Assembly: GCA_951406725.2 (NCBI GenBank) | Contig: OX597819.1 | Span: 95,666,001-95,730,000, forward strand | DNA: 64,000 nt | Direction of reading: 5' to 3' | DNA from: Octopus vulgaris | Taxonomy: Eukaryota | In this document: piece by piece, positions 40,263-52,090 of the stretch | Numbering within the stretch: position 1 is the stretch's first letter | Layout of the letters: every line of letters begins with the position of its first letter | Translations under genes and position numbers: made by a program | Notes under the pieces: model-generated | Databases searched by the model: none | What the model saw: only the letters and a program-made list of their open reading frames with translations | Told to the model about the DNA's origin: nothing

Positions 40263-42093
40263 CAGACTAAACCAAATATTAACAAATGTGTTCAATCAAA
40301 GTTAAAATACCTAAGTTTAATACTATGTTCAGTTGAGATTGCCTTAATTGTGGTTTAGAAAACTTTTTTATTACATTATATGCTCATAGATATCGATACA
40401 ATGCTGATGCCAATGATAACAGCTGGTTCATAGTTCTTTTAGTTGTTTTTCTTTGTCTCATAAAATAAACTTTTTTTTTGTATTTGCATTCTAAAGTAAT
40501 TTTAAAAAAACAAAGAACAATATCATATCATCAAAATTAATACCATGCTGACAATATAACTGTAACAGGAGATTATAATGTCTTCAGCTACATAAAAGGT
40601 TATTATCAAGTTACAAATAACTGCTATATATTTGTGTTTAAATTACGAAAGCAGGATAGTGGTTTGTTTGCAAAGTACTAAAATAGATTGTTTATTTGAA
40701 GCCTGACATTTCTGCAAGGATTATTGTAGATAGACTCTTATATTTTAAAGATTGATAAAATAAATATTCGAGTAATGGTCATAAACTAAATGTATGAGAT
40801 ACTGCATTTTCCAACCATCTTTAAAGATGCCATACAGGCAACTAATCTGTACCCACTAATCTGCTTGACAAGAATTTAATGGGTATATGTTTATAATACA
40901 ACTAGTGAAATGGCATTAGGTAAAGAAGTTTTTATGATATATCACAAATTATATGGCATTATATTACATTCAGATTGTTTCTCTACATTTTGAGTCCACA
41001 GCCCTTTATATTTTGAGTTTAAATCCTGCTAGGCTCATCTTTATTGTTTATTCTTTGATAAAACAGTATTACCCAAATTTATGGCCATGTGCCTACGTTA
41101 GAAATAATTATATTGTAATGAGATTGTTTGTAAACTTTTGAAGAGAGAACTTATGCTGCAGCAATTCATGACACCCTAAATTCAGGAAACTAACCGCAAT
41201 TTCTTGTGACTGTATGTAAAAACAAGTCAGTTCATATGTTTCTGATTGTCATTAGATGGTGGGCTATATTATTGATATTGACATTTGCCCATTGGATGAC
41301 TCACCACTTGTATTGTTTATTGCAATATTATCATCATTTTATTTATGTATGCACGGGTGGAAGGATTTATGCAAATTTGGACATTTTCAAAATGCTAGAG
41401 CAGTTGATTTTTATTGAGGAATAATCTTACTACTACTAGCCCCTAAAGTAAGTGTATGAGTTGTTGACAACATGCCAAGCAGTTGTGTATTTTGCCTAAA
41501 GATGCAGCAATGTTATAATAATAAGTTGATCAATAGATAAACACCTTAACCTCAATCACTGTACCTCACTATATTTGAGCTAAGAATTATGAGATTCATA
41601 AATTCCTGTAACTAGATGAACACATTGCTTTATGTATTTTATTTCATTTTCATATATTGTTTTTAAGCCACACAGAAATGGTTGGTAAGGTTTTCAAGGT
41701 ATAATTTTAACAAATGAAGAGTAATGGTATTTTTGTACTAAACTGTAATAGTGTAATAGTGTTAGGCGATTTCTTTAGCACAATCATTATATACAAAGAA
41801 TCAATTTTATAATTCTAATATGTATACATGTTTGAGTTTATAATGATAATGTCTCCCTCACTCTCTCTCTAGACACACAGATTTTACAATTTACATTCAA
41901 GAACTTAAAATCTTTAGTTGAATTCTATATTTTTTATTGACTGTTTATAGTAAAACATTTTACACATATAGATATTAAAATAAAATAAAAATATTTTCAA
42001 GCATTTTTATAGTCCAGTTATTGTTAAAACATTCATTGCAAGATATGCTTGGTGTAACGTACGCGGTTTGAACTTGAGCTTTATTGTTTGTCT

Positions 42094-45000
42094 ATGAATA
42101 CTGCCAAACGCGAGTTTTCTTTTCAGGTTCATGATGCTACTAGGTCCATTGCCTCCCACTTAGGGTTGGCACTCTCAACGTTGGCACACTGAAAGGCAGA
42201 TCTGGTGAGATCGTCGAATTGCTTGAACGGAGGTGTGTAGATATATGCTGTATTCAAGAGGTGAGGTGGAGAGGAAGTTCTGCTAGGTTCCTCACGGGTA
42301 AAGGACAGAGGTATAAAATTTTCTGGGCTGGGAATACTGAAGGAGTCGGGGGAGTGGGTATGCTTATTGCCGAAAAATGGGTAGATAAGGTTATCGAGGT
42401 AGTCAGAGTATGTGACAGAATATTGAAGATTAGATTAGTGCTCCATCATAGTTTAGCAACTATTATATCGGCCTATGCCCCTCAGCCAGGGTTACCCGAT
42501 GGGCAGAAAGACCGTTTCTATGACACCCTACTGCAGACCACCTCATTGACGAACAACAGGGACCTTCTCTTTGTGGCTGGTGACTTCAATGGGCATGTTG
42601 GACGATATGCTGAGGGCTTCTATGGCGTTCATGGAGGCTATGGTTATGGTTCTCGCAATGAGGAGGGAACCAGGCTGCTGGAGTTCTGTGATGCGAATAG
42701 TCTTACGGTTTGCAACACTAACTTCAGGAAACCAACAAGCCACCTGGTCACCTACCGTTCGGGCCAGCATACTAGCCAAATTGACTACATCCTTGCCAGA
42801 AAAAGGGAAAGATGGCTGCTTATGAATGCCAAAACCTTCCCAGGCGAAGAATGTACCCCACAACATAGAATGGTAGTCAGTGACTTTAGGATCAGGACTA
42901 AGAGGACGACTAGAAGACGACCAACATGGAGAAGAAGGGTCTGGAAGCTTAAAGATCCTGCTAATGGACAGAGATTTAGAGACATGTTACTTGAAGCCTT
43001 CGACGAAATAGAAGGGGGCATAGCTACACATGGGGTAGAAGATAACTGGGCGCTTCTAAGGGACAACCTGCTGAAAGCCACTGACCAGATCTGTGGCTGG
43101 TGCAAAGTCCCCACAAGACCCAAAATAACGTGGTGGTGGAACAATACTGTTGACAGGGCTATTAGACAAAAGAAACAGGCTTGGAAGGACTGGAAGAACG
43201 GTGGTAGCAGGGAAGTGTATCAGACTGCAAGAAGGGAAGCTAGGAGGCAGGTTTATTTAGCCAGAGGGGAAGCAGATAGGAAAAAATTTGCCAATGTCCT
43301 GCGCCGTGAGGATGAAAGACTTGAGGTATTTCGTATAGCAAGACAGTGTGTGAGAGAGAATCGTGACGTGGTAGGAGAAAAATGTGTTCGCACGGATGAC
43401 GGCTCACTTGCGCTAAATGAGGATGCAAAGAGAGAGGTTTGGAGAAGCCACTATGAAAGGTTGCTGAATGAGGAAAATGAATGGGATAAAGAGAGTCTGC
43501 CGAATGTTGACCCAACAGAGGGACCAGCAATCCGAGTTGACAGTTCCTTAGTAGATAAGGCAATTAAAAGCATGAAAACAGGGAAAGCCCCAGGCCCATC
43601 AGGAATTACTGCAGAGATGCTCAAAATATCTGGTAGTGTCGGCTATAGCCTAGTCACCCGTATAGTTAACCAGGTGATACACGAAGGAGTCATTCCCAAT
43701 GACTGGTGTAGCAGCATAATAGTCAGCTGCTACAAAGGTAAAGGTGACGCCCTAGATACAAATAGCTACAGGGGTATCAAGCTGCTGGATCAGGTAATGA
43801 AGGTTACGGAGAGGGTTATAGCCCTACTAATTAGAGAGAGAGTTAGCCTAGATCAGATGCAGTTTGGGTTCGTGCCAGGGAAAAGTACTACTGATGCTAT
43901 TTTCATGGTAAGACAGCTGCAAGAGAAATACCTAGCCAAAGACAAGCCCCTATACCTGGCTTTTGTTGATATGGAGAAAGCCTTCGACAGGGTCCCCCGA
44001 TCCCTCATCTGGTGGTCAATGAGGAAACTAGGGATAGATGAATGGTTAGTGAAAGCTGTGCAAGCCATGTACAGAGACGCTGCTAGTAAGGTGAGGGTTG
44101 GCACCGAGTACAGTGAAGAATTCAGGGTAGAGGTTGGGGTCCACCAAGGTTCAGTCCTCAGTCCCCTCCTATTTATCATAGTCCTCCAGGCAATAACGGA
44201 GGAATTCAAGACAGGATGCCCCTGGGAGCTCCTCTATGCTGATGACCTTGCTCTAATTGCTGAGTCTCTATCAGAACTAGAGGAGAAGTTTCAGGTATGG
44301 AAACAAGGTTTAGAATCAAGGGGCCTTAGAATCAACCTAGCCAAAACCAAAGTCCTAATAAGTAGGAAGGTAGACCAATCACAAACGCCTTCAGGTAGAT
44401 GGCCCTGCTCGATCTGTAGAAAAGGTGTAGGTAGAAACTCTATAAGATGCACCAAGTGTAAGCTATGGACACATAAGAGGTGCAGCAATGTCAAAGGAAG
44501 GCTAACTAGGAAGATGGTTTTTGTATGTGGCAGATGCTCAGGAACAATTAACACTGAAGATGCTCTGAGACCAACTTCCGTCACTTTCCAGGGAGAAAAG
44601 CTAGAAGTAGTTGATAGTTTCCGTTACCTAGGTGACCAAGTCAGTAGCAGGGGCGGGTGCGCTGAGAGTATAACTGCTAGAGTAAGAATAGCCTGGGCAA
44701 AGTTTAGAGAGCTCTTACCTCTGCTGGTGACAAAAGGCCTCTCGCTCAAAGTAAAAGGCAGACTGTATGATGCATGTGTACGTACAGCCATGCTGCATGG
44801 TAGTGAAACTTGGGCTGTGACTGCTGAGGATTTGCGTAAGCTCGCAAGAAATGAAGCTAGTATGCTCCGATGGATGTGTAACGTCAGTGTTCATAATCGA
44901 CAGAGTGTAAGTACCTTGAGAGAAAAGTTGAACCTAAGAAGTATCAGTTGTTGTGTGCAAGAGAGACGTATGCGCTGGTATGGTCATGTGATGAGAATGG

Positions 45001-45191
45001 CTGAAGATAGTTGTGTGTGAAAGTGCTACACCTTGGCAGTTGAGGGGACCTGTGGAAGAGGTAGACCCAGGAAAACCTGGGTCGAGGCGGTGAAGCACGA
45101 CCTTCGAACTTTAGGTCTCACCAAGGAAATGACCAGTGACCGAGACCTTTGGAGGTATGCTGTGCGTGAGAAAACCCGGCAAGACCAGTGA
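42094..45191 (+). pseudogene. RTE ORF: AP endonuclease, reverse transcriptase, PHD-like finger; one probable 5' frameshift and one premature stop
   Basis: Main frame is open 42144-45017 (GTLNVGTL, CIQEVRW, AGDFNGHVG, SQIDYIL, PQHRMV, QFGFVPGKST, DMEKAFDRV, GVHQGSVLSP, YADDL, FRYLG). TGA at 45018-45020 is followed in frame by 56 more RTE-like codons (GRGRPRKTW) ending at 45191. The ATG at 42094 is in another frame. Confidence 0.93.
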
Positions 45192-45239
45192 GAACAGTCA
45201 AAATCAAGATCAAACCAAATTGAGGTCGATCAACATCAG

Positions 45240-45887
45240 GGCCCCCGTGCAGGTGACACGTAAAAGTACCATCCGTTCGTAGCCGTTCGCCAGCCCTGTC
45301 TGGCCCCCGTGTAGGTGGCACGTAAAAGCACCATCCATTCGTGTTCGTTGCCAGCCTGGCCTGGCCCCCGTGCCGGTGACACGTAAAAGTACCATCCGTT
45401 TGTGGCCGTTTGCCAGCTCTGTCTGGCCCCCGTGCCGGTGACACGTAAAAGCACCATCCGTTCGTGGCCGTTTGCCAGCTCTGTCTGGCCCCCGTGCCGG
45501 TGACACGTAAAAGCACCATCCGTTCGTGGCCGTTTGCCAGCTCTGTCTGGCCCCCGTGCCGGTGACACGTAAAAGCACCATCCGTTCGTGGCCGTTTGCC
45601 AGCCCTGTCTGGCCCCCGTGTCGGTGGCATGTAAAAGCACCATCCGTTCGTGCCCGTTGCCAGCCTCGCCTGGCCCCCGTGCCGGTGACACGTAAAAGCA
45701 CCATCCGTTTCGTGGCCGTTTGCCAGCTCTGTCTGGCCCCCGTGTTGGTGGCACGTAAAAGCACCATCCGTTCGTGTCCGTTGCCAGCCTCGCCTGGCCC
45801 CGTGCCGGTGACACGTAAAAGCACCATCCGTTCGTGGCCGTTTGCCAGCTCTGTCTGGCACCTGTGCAGGTGGCACGTAAAAAGCAC
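45240..45887 (+). repeat. Tandem array of 61-63 bp units (10 full plus 1 partial) in the LINE 3' UTR
   Basis: Unit GGCCCCCGTGCCGGTGACACGTAAAAGCACCATCCGTTCGTGGCCGTTTGCCAGCTCTGTCT with two interspersed variants. Confidence 0.97.
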
Positions 45888-46439
45888 CCACTACACTCAC
45901 GGAGTGGTTGGCGTTAGGAAGGGCATCCAGCCGTAGAAACACTGCCAGATCTGACTGGGCCTGATGAAGCCTTCCAGCTTCACAGACCCCAGTTGAACCG
46001 TCCAACCCATGCTAGCATGGAGAACGGACGCTAAATGATGATGATGATGATGATGATTGTAATGAGTAAAAAATATAATATATCCTGCATGCATAACATA
46101 TTTTTATTTAGAAGAGAAATTTGGGAAATAAAAGCTTAATGTGCACAAGTAAAATCAGATAGACTTAATGCTATCTAGGAAACAGGATAGAAAGCTGTTG
46201 TGAATATTAATTTCTGGTTAATGGCATCCAAATATGAGCTAGATGATATTAGAGACACTAGACAAACTAGAAAAGGAAAAATATGGAAGTTGAAGGTCTC
46301 CTTACTGTATGTAAGTTCAAAAAAGTACAAAATAAATCTTATGTTGAAAGTAAGGAAGAGATAGAAATTTCTAACATAGAAGACGTGTAGAAGAAGACCT
46401 GTACAAGAAAACCTGCAATAATCCAGACATGTGGATGGA

Positions 46440-47685
46440 GCCAGATGAAAGATGATGTACTGGAGAGTGAGATTCAATTTGGATTTGTACCAGGATCTGA
46501 AACTGCCAATAATAACCATGTTTCTAGTGAGACACAGTTACAGAACCTCAAAACCTAGCAGTTTCTGACCAGAAAGAAGCTTTTGATAAGGTACTATGTT
46601 TTTAACATGGAGGCCGCCAAGAATACTGGGTGTAAATGAATGATTTGTGGGCTACACAAGCTATGTACAAGGGTGTTATCAACAGCATGACATAACAACA
46701 TGTTCAGTAAAAAAATTTATTGTACAGTTGGATGTTTATATTGACTCAGTTTACTATAGTTCTCCAGGCACTGATATGCTGATGACCTAGTTCTCATAGC
46801 TGAATCAGTCAAGGAATTGGAACAAAAATATGGAAGAAGGGCCTAGAATTGAGAGGCCTAAAAGTCAACCAAGCAAAATAGGAGAGAAAATAAAACTCTA
46901 CTGATATCTAGAAAGTGGACATACTCAATATTCTGAAAGGAATAGGCAAGAAGTCTCTATCGTGTATCCAATGTAAATTAGAGGTGCAGAAAAGCTTCAG
47001 TAGGATCTCTATTAAGCTGATATATATAATATATAACAGATACACAGAAATAGTTAATGGCAAGAGCACTTATGAAATGCAATCATTCATCTGGTCTGAA
47101 GACCTATTAGAAGTTGTTCGTTGTCTATGTTATCTAGGTAACTAATCAGCAAGGGGGTGGGGGTTGTAAATGCATAGTAGCAAGAGTTAGGATTAGGTGA
47201 GAAAAGTTCAGACTGTTATAATATCTACTGACAACAAATGGTTCTCTTTTCAAGTGAAAGGCAGATTATGGCACATGTGTGTGAAGCACAATATTGCATG
47301 GTAACAAGATGAGGACACTGGATGGAGAAGATATGAACAAGCTAGAAAGAAACTGAAGCAAGCATACTCTGCTGGATGAGTAACTTAAGCATGCATGAAT
47401 GATAGCTAAGCCATAAACTGAAAGAAAAAAGTATTAGAGAAACCAGCTATAGTGTCATTAAACTAGTACAGACAGAATGTCTACAGAGGATGGCAGCTGA
47501 GTGAAGAAGAGTTAAACAACCAAAGTGAAAGAAGTTTGCTTAAGAGGAGGATTTCAGAAGCCATGAAGAATGTTGATCTCAGAATGCTGAAACTCACAAA
47601 AGACAGGACAAGGGACTGCAATATGAGATAAGATACTGTAAGGGACCAGCATGAAAAAACAGATATAAATTGATGATAATGAAAC
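46440..47685 (+). mobile_element. Degenerate RTE RT-to-3' fragment
   Basis: IQFGFVPGSE, EAFDKV, LIYADDLVLIAESV, CIQCKLEVQK, VVRCLCYLG remnants. Confidence 0.85.
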
Positions 47686-50045
47686 AAAGAAAAGGATGAG
47701 CCAATGAAGAGAGTTCTATGGGGTTGCTAAACCTGGTAGAAGAAACACCAGTCAAACCTTCCTCAGATTACATGTTACAGGCTTAAAGAAAAATAAGATA
47801 CACCTTAGTCCTGGATACACTACATTCTTAAAAAAAGCAAGACAGCCATGGTTGTAATATCATAGTTCTACTCAGTTAGGGCTGACTTAAGTAAACAACA
47901 AGGCAAAAGATAGCAGACAAATTCTTTTATTTATGATATCTAATGGCTGCTGACTATGATTGAGTTGTAACTGGTGACATTAGTGCCTGGAAAAAATTGT
48001 AGGTACCCTGTATTAAATAGATGAATAAATAAAAAGTTGTATGTCAACAAGACCTGAGTAATGAAAGTAAAACTTTTACTGAAATTTTTAATATGATTTG
48101 CATCTCATATAACCCTGAAGGCAGTTAGACTGAGAAAGAAATTGGATATTAGAATGAGAGTATATAATAGCATAGATGCAGCAACAAGGATTTGGGCATA
48201 TGTTGACAATGAACAATGCTAGCTCTGAGAGAGCTGTGAACAGATGGTTGTCACAAGTTGAAGAAAATGTAGAACAATATCATTGGACATACTAGAGAGG
48301 ACTAGTTGCCTTACAGATTGAATAAAACTTTAAAAAATATAAAATCTTTTCAATTGTAAAGACATCCCAGCTTACTTATACTAGGAAATCTATTGGAGTT
48401 GAAAAGAAACAGTACACTTTATTTTGAAGTTGGGGTGGGCTTGAAATACTGCTGCAGTTAATGGATGGTTGACAAATAATTTATGAATGACATATGGTTA
48501 GTTCAAGAGTAAACAACACAAGGATATAAAAAAAGACTATTATGAATCATGTTCTCTTAAAGATTGTATCAACAAAGGACCACACTGAGATAAAAACATT
48601 CTAAATTAGCATTTGAATGATGGATTGGAATCAATATGGTACACTGTAGGATCCATTTCAATAGAAAAATAATTATTTTGTAGAAAAATAATATACATTC
48701 CAGTATATTATAAAATTTATGTTCAAAACAAATATTTAAAGTCATTTCTTCCCTCTGAAGGCAGAAATGAAGTATATGAGAGAAAATAAATTTTAAAAAA
48801 AGCTTCAAAGTAGATATAAGTGAGGGATGATACAAAGATAATTTTGTTTCACATGCAGGTGTAATAATGTATTAAACATCAAAAATGTGTTCATTGTTCT
48901 TAGCTGCTTATATTTTGCAGCTGCTCATTGGACCAGAAGTGAGAAAATAGAAGCTGTGAAGTTCATATCCTCAATGATATAAACTCAAATATATATTACT
49001 GGGAATCAAAACTTTAGTTGTGAATTTTTCATCAAAAATGATTGATTGTTTTCAAAACTCAAAATACAATTTATGGAGGCTGCTCTAAATATGTAAGTTC
49101 CACTAGTAGTCACTGTCATTTCTTTTGTAGCCCACATAAAAATCTCACAAAAAAAGATGTGTGTAAGCACTACATAGAGAGAAAAAATGATGGCAACTCT
49201 CTTTAGTGAGTAACAGGATGCCAACTTTCTCTTAACTTACCCCAGACAACTGGTGAGAGCCCTGCTGCTAAGAGCATGATAAACACATGTGACACTTGGA
49301 ATAGAAACTTTTAAAAAAAAGGACATTTTCCCAGTTGCACTTTCATACCCACTTAAAAGATCTTAATACAAGATCTCTTAGTATAAGTTGGTATATATGT
49401 ATACAAACTAGCACTGTGCAGCTGCAAATTGCCTCCTTTCTTAGAGCAGTGAGCTATGACTCTGCACAGTATGTAATTACAGCTAGCTTGAATGAGTCAT
49501 TGAGATTTAAACCTTTGCATTTGACACAATTTGTTTGTGACAAACCTTTACATGTGACACTTTTCAACCAATAAATTTATATTTTAATGCATCCGCTAAC
49601 AATGACTTTCAGTAAATACTTATACTATATAAAATTTAACCCCTTTTTGCAATTCACATTAACAAATTCAACTTAACTAAGAAATCAATAAAGATATCTT
49701 TGAATGAACTGCAACTGTGATTGCAAAAAAAAAAAAAGATAAAAGTAATATTACTCCTCAAAATAAGGCTTTCTTCTCAATGCATAATTACAATTTTAAT
49801 TTATCAAAATTTTGGAATTATTAATCTTTTTCCTTGACTAAATTTCATTAATGTTAGTCATTGAGCCTGTTTTCCCTCTCTTTATCACAGCAGTAATTTT
49901 AGCTAATTGAAATAGTTTTGTTCTCTGTATTAATTATGCCAGCAATCATTCAGCTACTGTATTTTATGGATGGCACTCCCAAATGTTTTCTCTCAATCAT
50001 TATAAAAGTTTAAGTTAAATATCAATCTCTCGCTATTTAAGCAAG

Positions 50046-50655
50046 GTAGCTGGATGAACAAACAGCATAGCTTAATAAATGTAGGGTTAAAATTTTGTAA
50101 CCCTCTATTAAATAGGTTAGATGGGTGCTGATGAAGGGGCAAAAGCCCCAAACTATGGCATATACACCCATTACATTTTTCGTCTTCAATTTCATTGTTT
50201 GTTTACATCTGACGTCTTGTATACAAAACCTCATAACAAAAATCAGTGCTGGCTATAATTTCTATAGAATATCTGTATAGATAACCTCAACAAGTAACCA
50301 ATCATATCAGTCCTACTTGTTTGGGAAATCTTACAAAGGTCATGGCTGATGTTCTCCTTCCTCTTGAATAAAAAAAATAAAAATAATAATAAATCCTTAG
50401 ATTTTGGCAGTTGTGGTGTGGTGCTTAGCTAGACAGATGCAAAAATATATGTCATAGGATGCAAGTATCATTGAATGATTATGATGTTTGTTATAGAAAC
50501 ATGTGGGTTTAGGTTTCATCCCACTATATAGCACAAATTGCTTCCTGTTCAAATTATATTCTGCTGCAAGTATAATTTTCAAATAATGTCTACCTATTAT
50601 ATAGTTAGACTAAAGTAAATCAAGCAACAAAATACTTATTGAAAAACAAGAAATA

Positions 50656-50700
<45 letters not shown>

Positions 50701-50899
50701 TATAGATCTTGAGTTCTCTTTTCTAATCTAATCATATTTATAGATATTTTAACAAAATCAAAGAACCAATAGCACTGCAGAAAATAATGGAAATATGGTA
50801 TATAATCAAATTACTTGTACTAAATCAGCAAGTGTTGTAGCTGGATGAACAAACAGCATAGCTTAATAAATGCAGGATTAAAATTTTGTAACCCTCTAT
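50046..50899. repeat. 63-bp direct repeat pair (50046-50108 and 50837-50899)
   Basis: GTAGCTGGATGAACAAACAGCATAGCTTAATAAATGYAGGRTTAAAATTTTGTAACCCTCTAT, two mismatches. Confidence 0.9.
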
Positions 50900-51856
50900 C
50901 ACTGTGATCCTAAAATAGACATATAAATCTGAATAGATACAATTAACTCTTATTAGTAGTGTTAGAATTATGTAATGAGTGGTGCGCTAAAATCCTCCTG
51001 TGTATTTCTTATCAATGAAGAGATATGTCTCTTAGCTATTTAACACTATCAAAACTGCGATAAGTTGAAGTAGACTGCTGGATCTTCAAATAAAAGTCTT
51101 AGATAAAAGAAAAAAAAAGTAACTTATGGATATATGCCACATAGAACTCTGTTCTTCAGCTCTCCTCATATGTAGTTAGCACTATCTCAATGGCATGAAA
51201 AAAAAAACCTTGACATGTTTCCTTTAACACCTACACTTTCCATCTTACTATTCTTTAATGTGAGATAATTGTAAGGTTGATGAAAGTAAATTTAACTTCA
51301 AAATTATGAATAAAATGAAATAAATTTTATCCTGGGACAATACTTTTCACTCAAAATATTTTCATATCACACAGATCCAATCCCACCACCACTACCACCA
51401 CTGGTTATATCATGACTTATAACTGAAATTGCAGGAAGATTGGTGTTACTATTAAAATAATGATATAAGTAAATCCGAAAACATGGTGTTTAGTAATGTA
51501 ATATTATTAACTAAAAATAATAAATAAATAAAAATAAAAGCTTCTATCAATATTTTTTATCAGCTGAACAAGTAGCATTAAGATAATATATTAGTCAGTC
51601 TATATAGTTCCAGCTCTGCTTATTAATTTGCCAAAACCAACCTCCAAATTTTGGCATCCTGTTTTGTTTTGTTTTTTTTTCTTTTTGTATTATATATAAC
51701 AGAGAAGCTATTTAAAAATTTATCAGTGTAGAGATTGGAATTTTTTTACATTAATGACAACGCCTATATTTATCTGTAATCTTGTTCATTTTGGTTCCTT
51801 GTGGCTTTGAAATTTGAATATGATGATTTAGTTTAAATCCATCGTCTTAGTTTTAA

Positions 51857-52090
51857 TCATCATCATCATTATCATCATCATTCAATGCCTATTTTCCATA
51901 CTGGAATGCATTAGACAGTTTGACAGGGCCTGATGCTCTGCAGAGCTATGTTACCCCTCCCCATTTTGTCTTTGGTATAGTTTCTACAGCTGGATGCTCT
52001 TCTTTACACTGACCACTTTACAGTGTGAACTGGGTACTTTTTTTTTTGTTTTTTATGTGACCAGCACTAGTGAGGTTGCCAAGTATCTTG
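51857..52090 (-). mobile_element. RTE 3'-tail fragment
   Basis: (ATC)n followed by TTTCTACAGCTGGATGCTCTT...ACCACTTTACAGTGTG. Confidence 0.75.

Larger units (their letters stand above)
42050..46056 (+). mobile_element. Young, near full-length RTE-clade LINE
   Basis: Single APE+RT ORF, repeat-containing 3' UTR and (TGA)n tail; CpG retained relative to the flanks. The 5' boundary is approximate and no TSD was identified. Confidence 0.95.

Noticed and set aside
42543-44584. Antisense ORFs within the LINE
   Set aside because: Shadow ORFs of the coding strand with no recognisable motifs.
45018-45020. Selenocysteine or programmed read-through at the in-frame TGA
   Set aside because: No SECIS or read-through context is recognisable; a point mutation from an Arg codon is simpler.
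45240-45887. CRISPR-like array
   Set aside because: Units are near-identical over their whole length with no unique spacers, there are no cas genes, and the context is a eukaryotic LINE 3' UTR.
45118-46005. 295/225/192-aa minus-strand ORFs
   Set aside because: Stop-free by-products of the GC-rich tandem array; the peptides cycle through the three frames of one repeat.
47980-48500. Possible Tc1-like terminus (AGTGCCTGGAAAAAATTGTAGGTACCC)
   Set aside because: No matching second TIR or convincing transposase motif could be found by eye.
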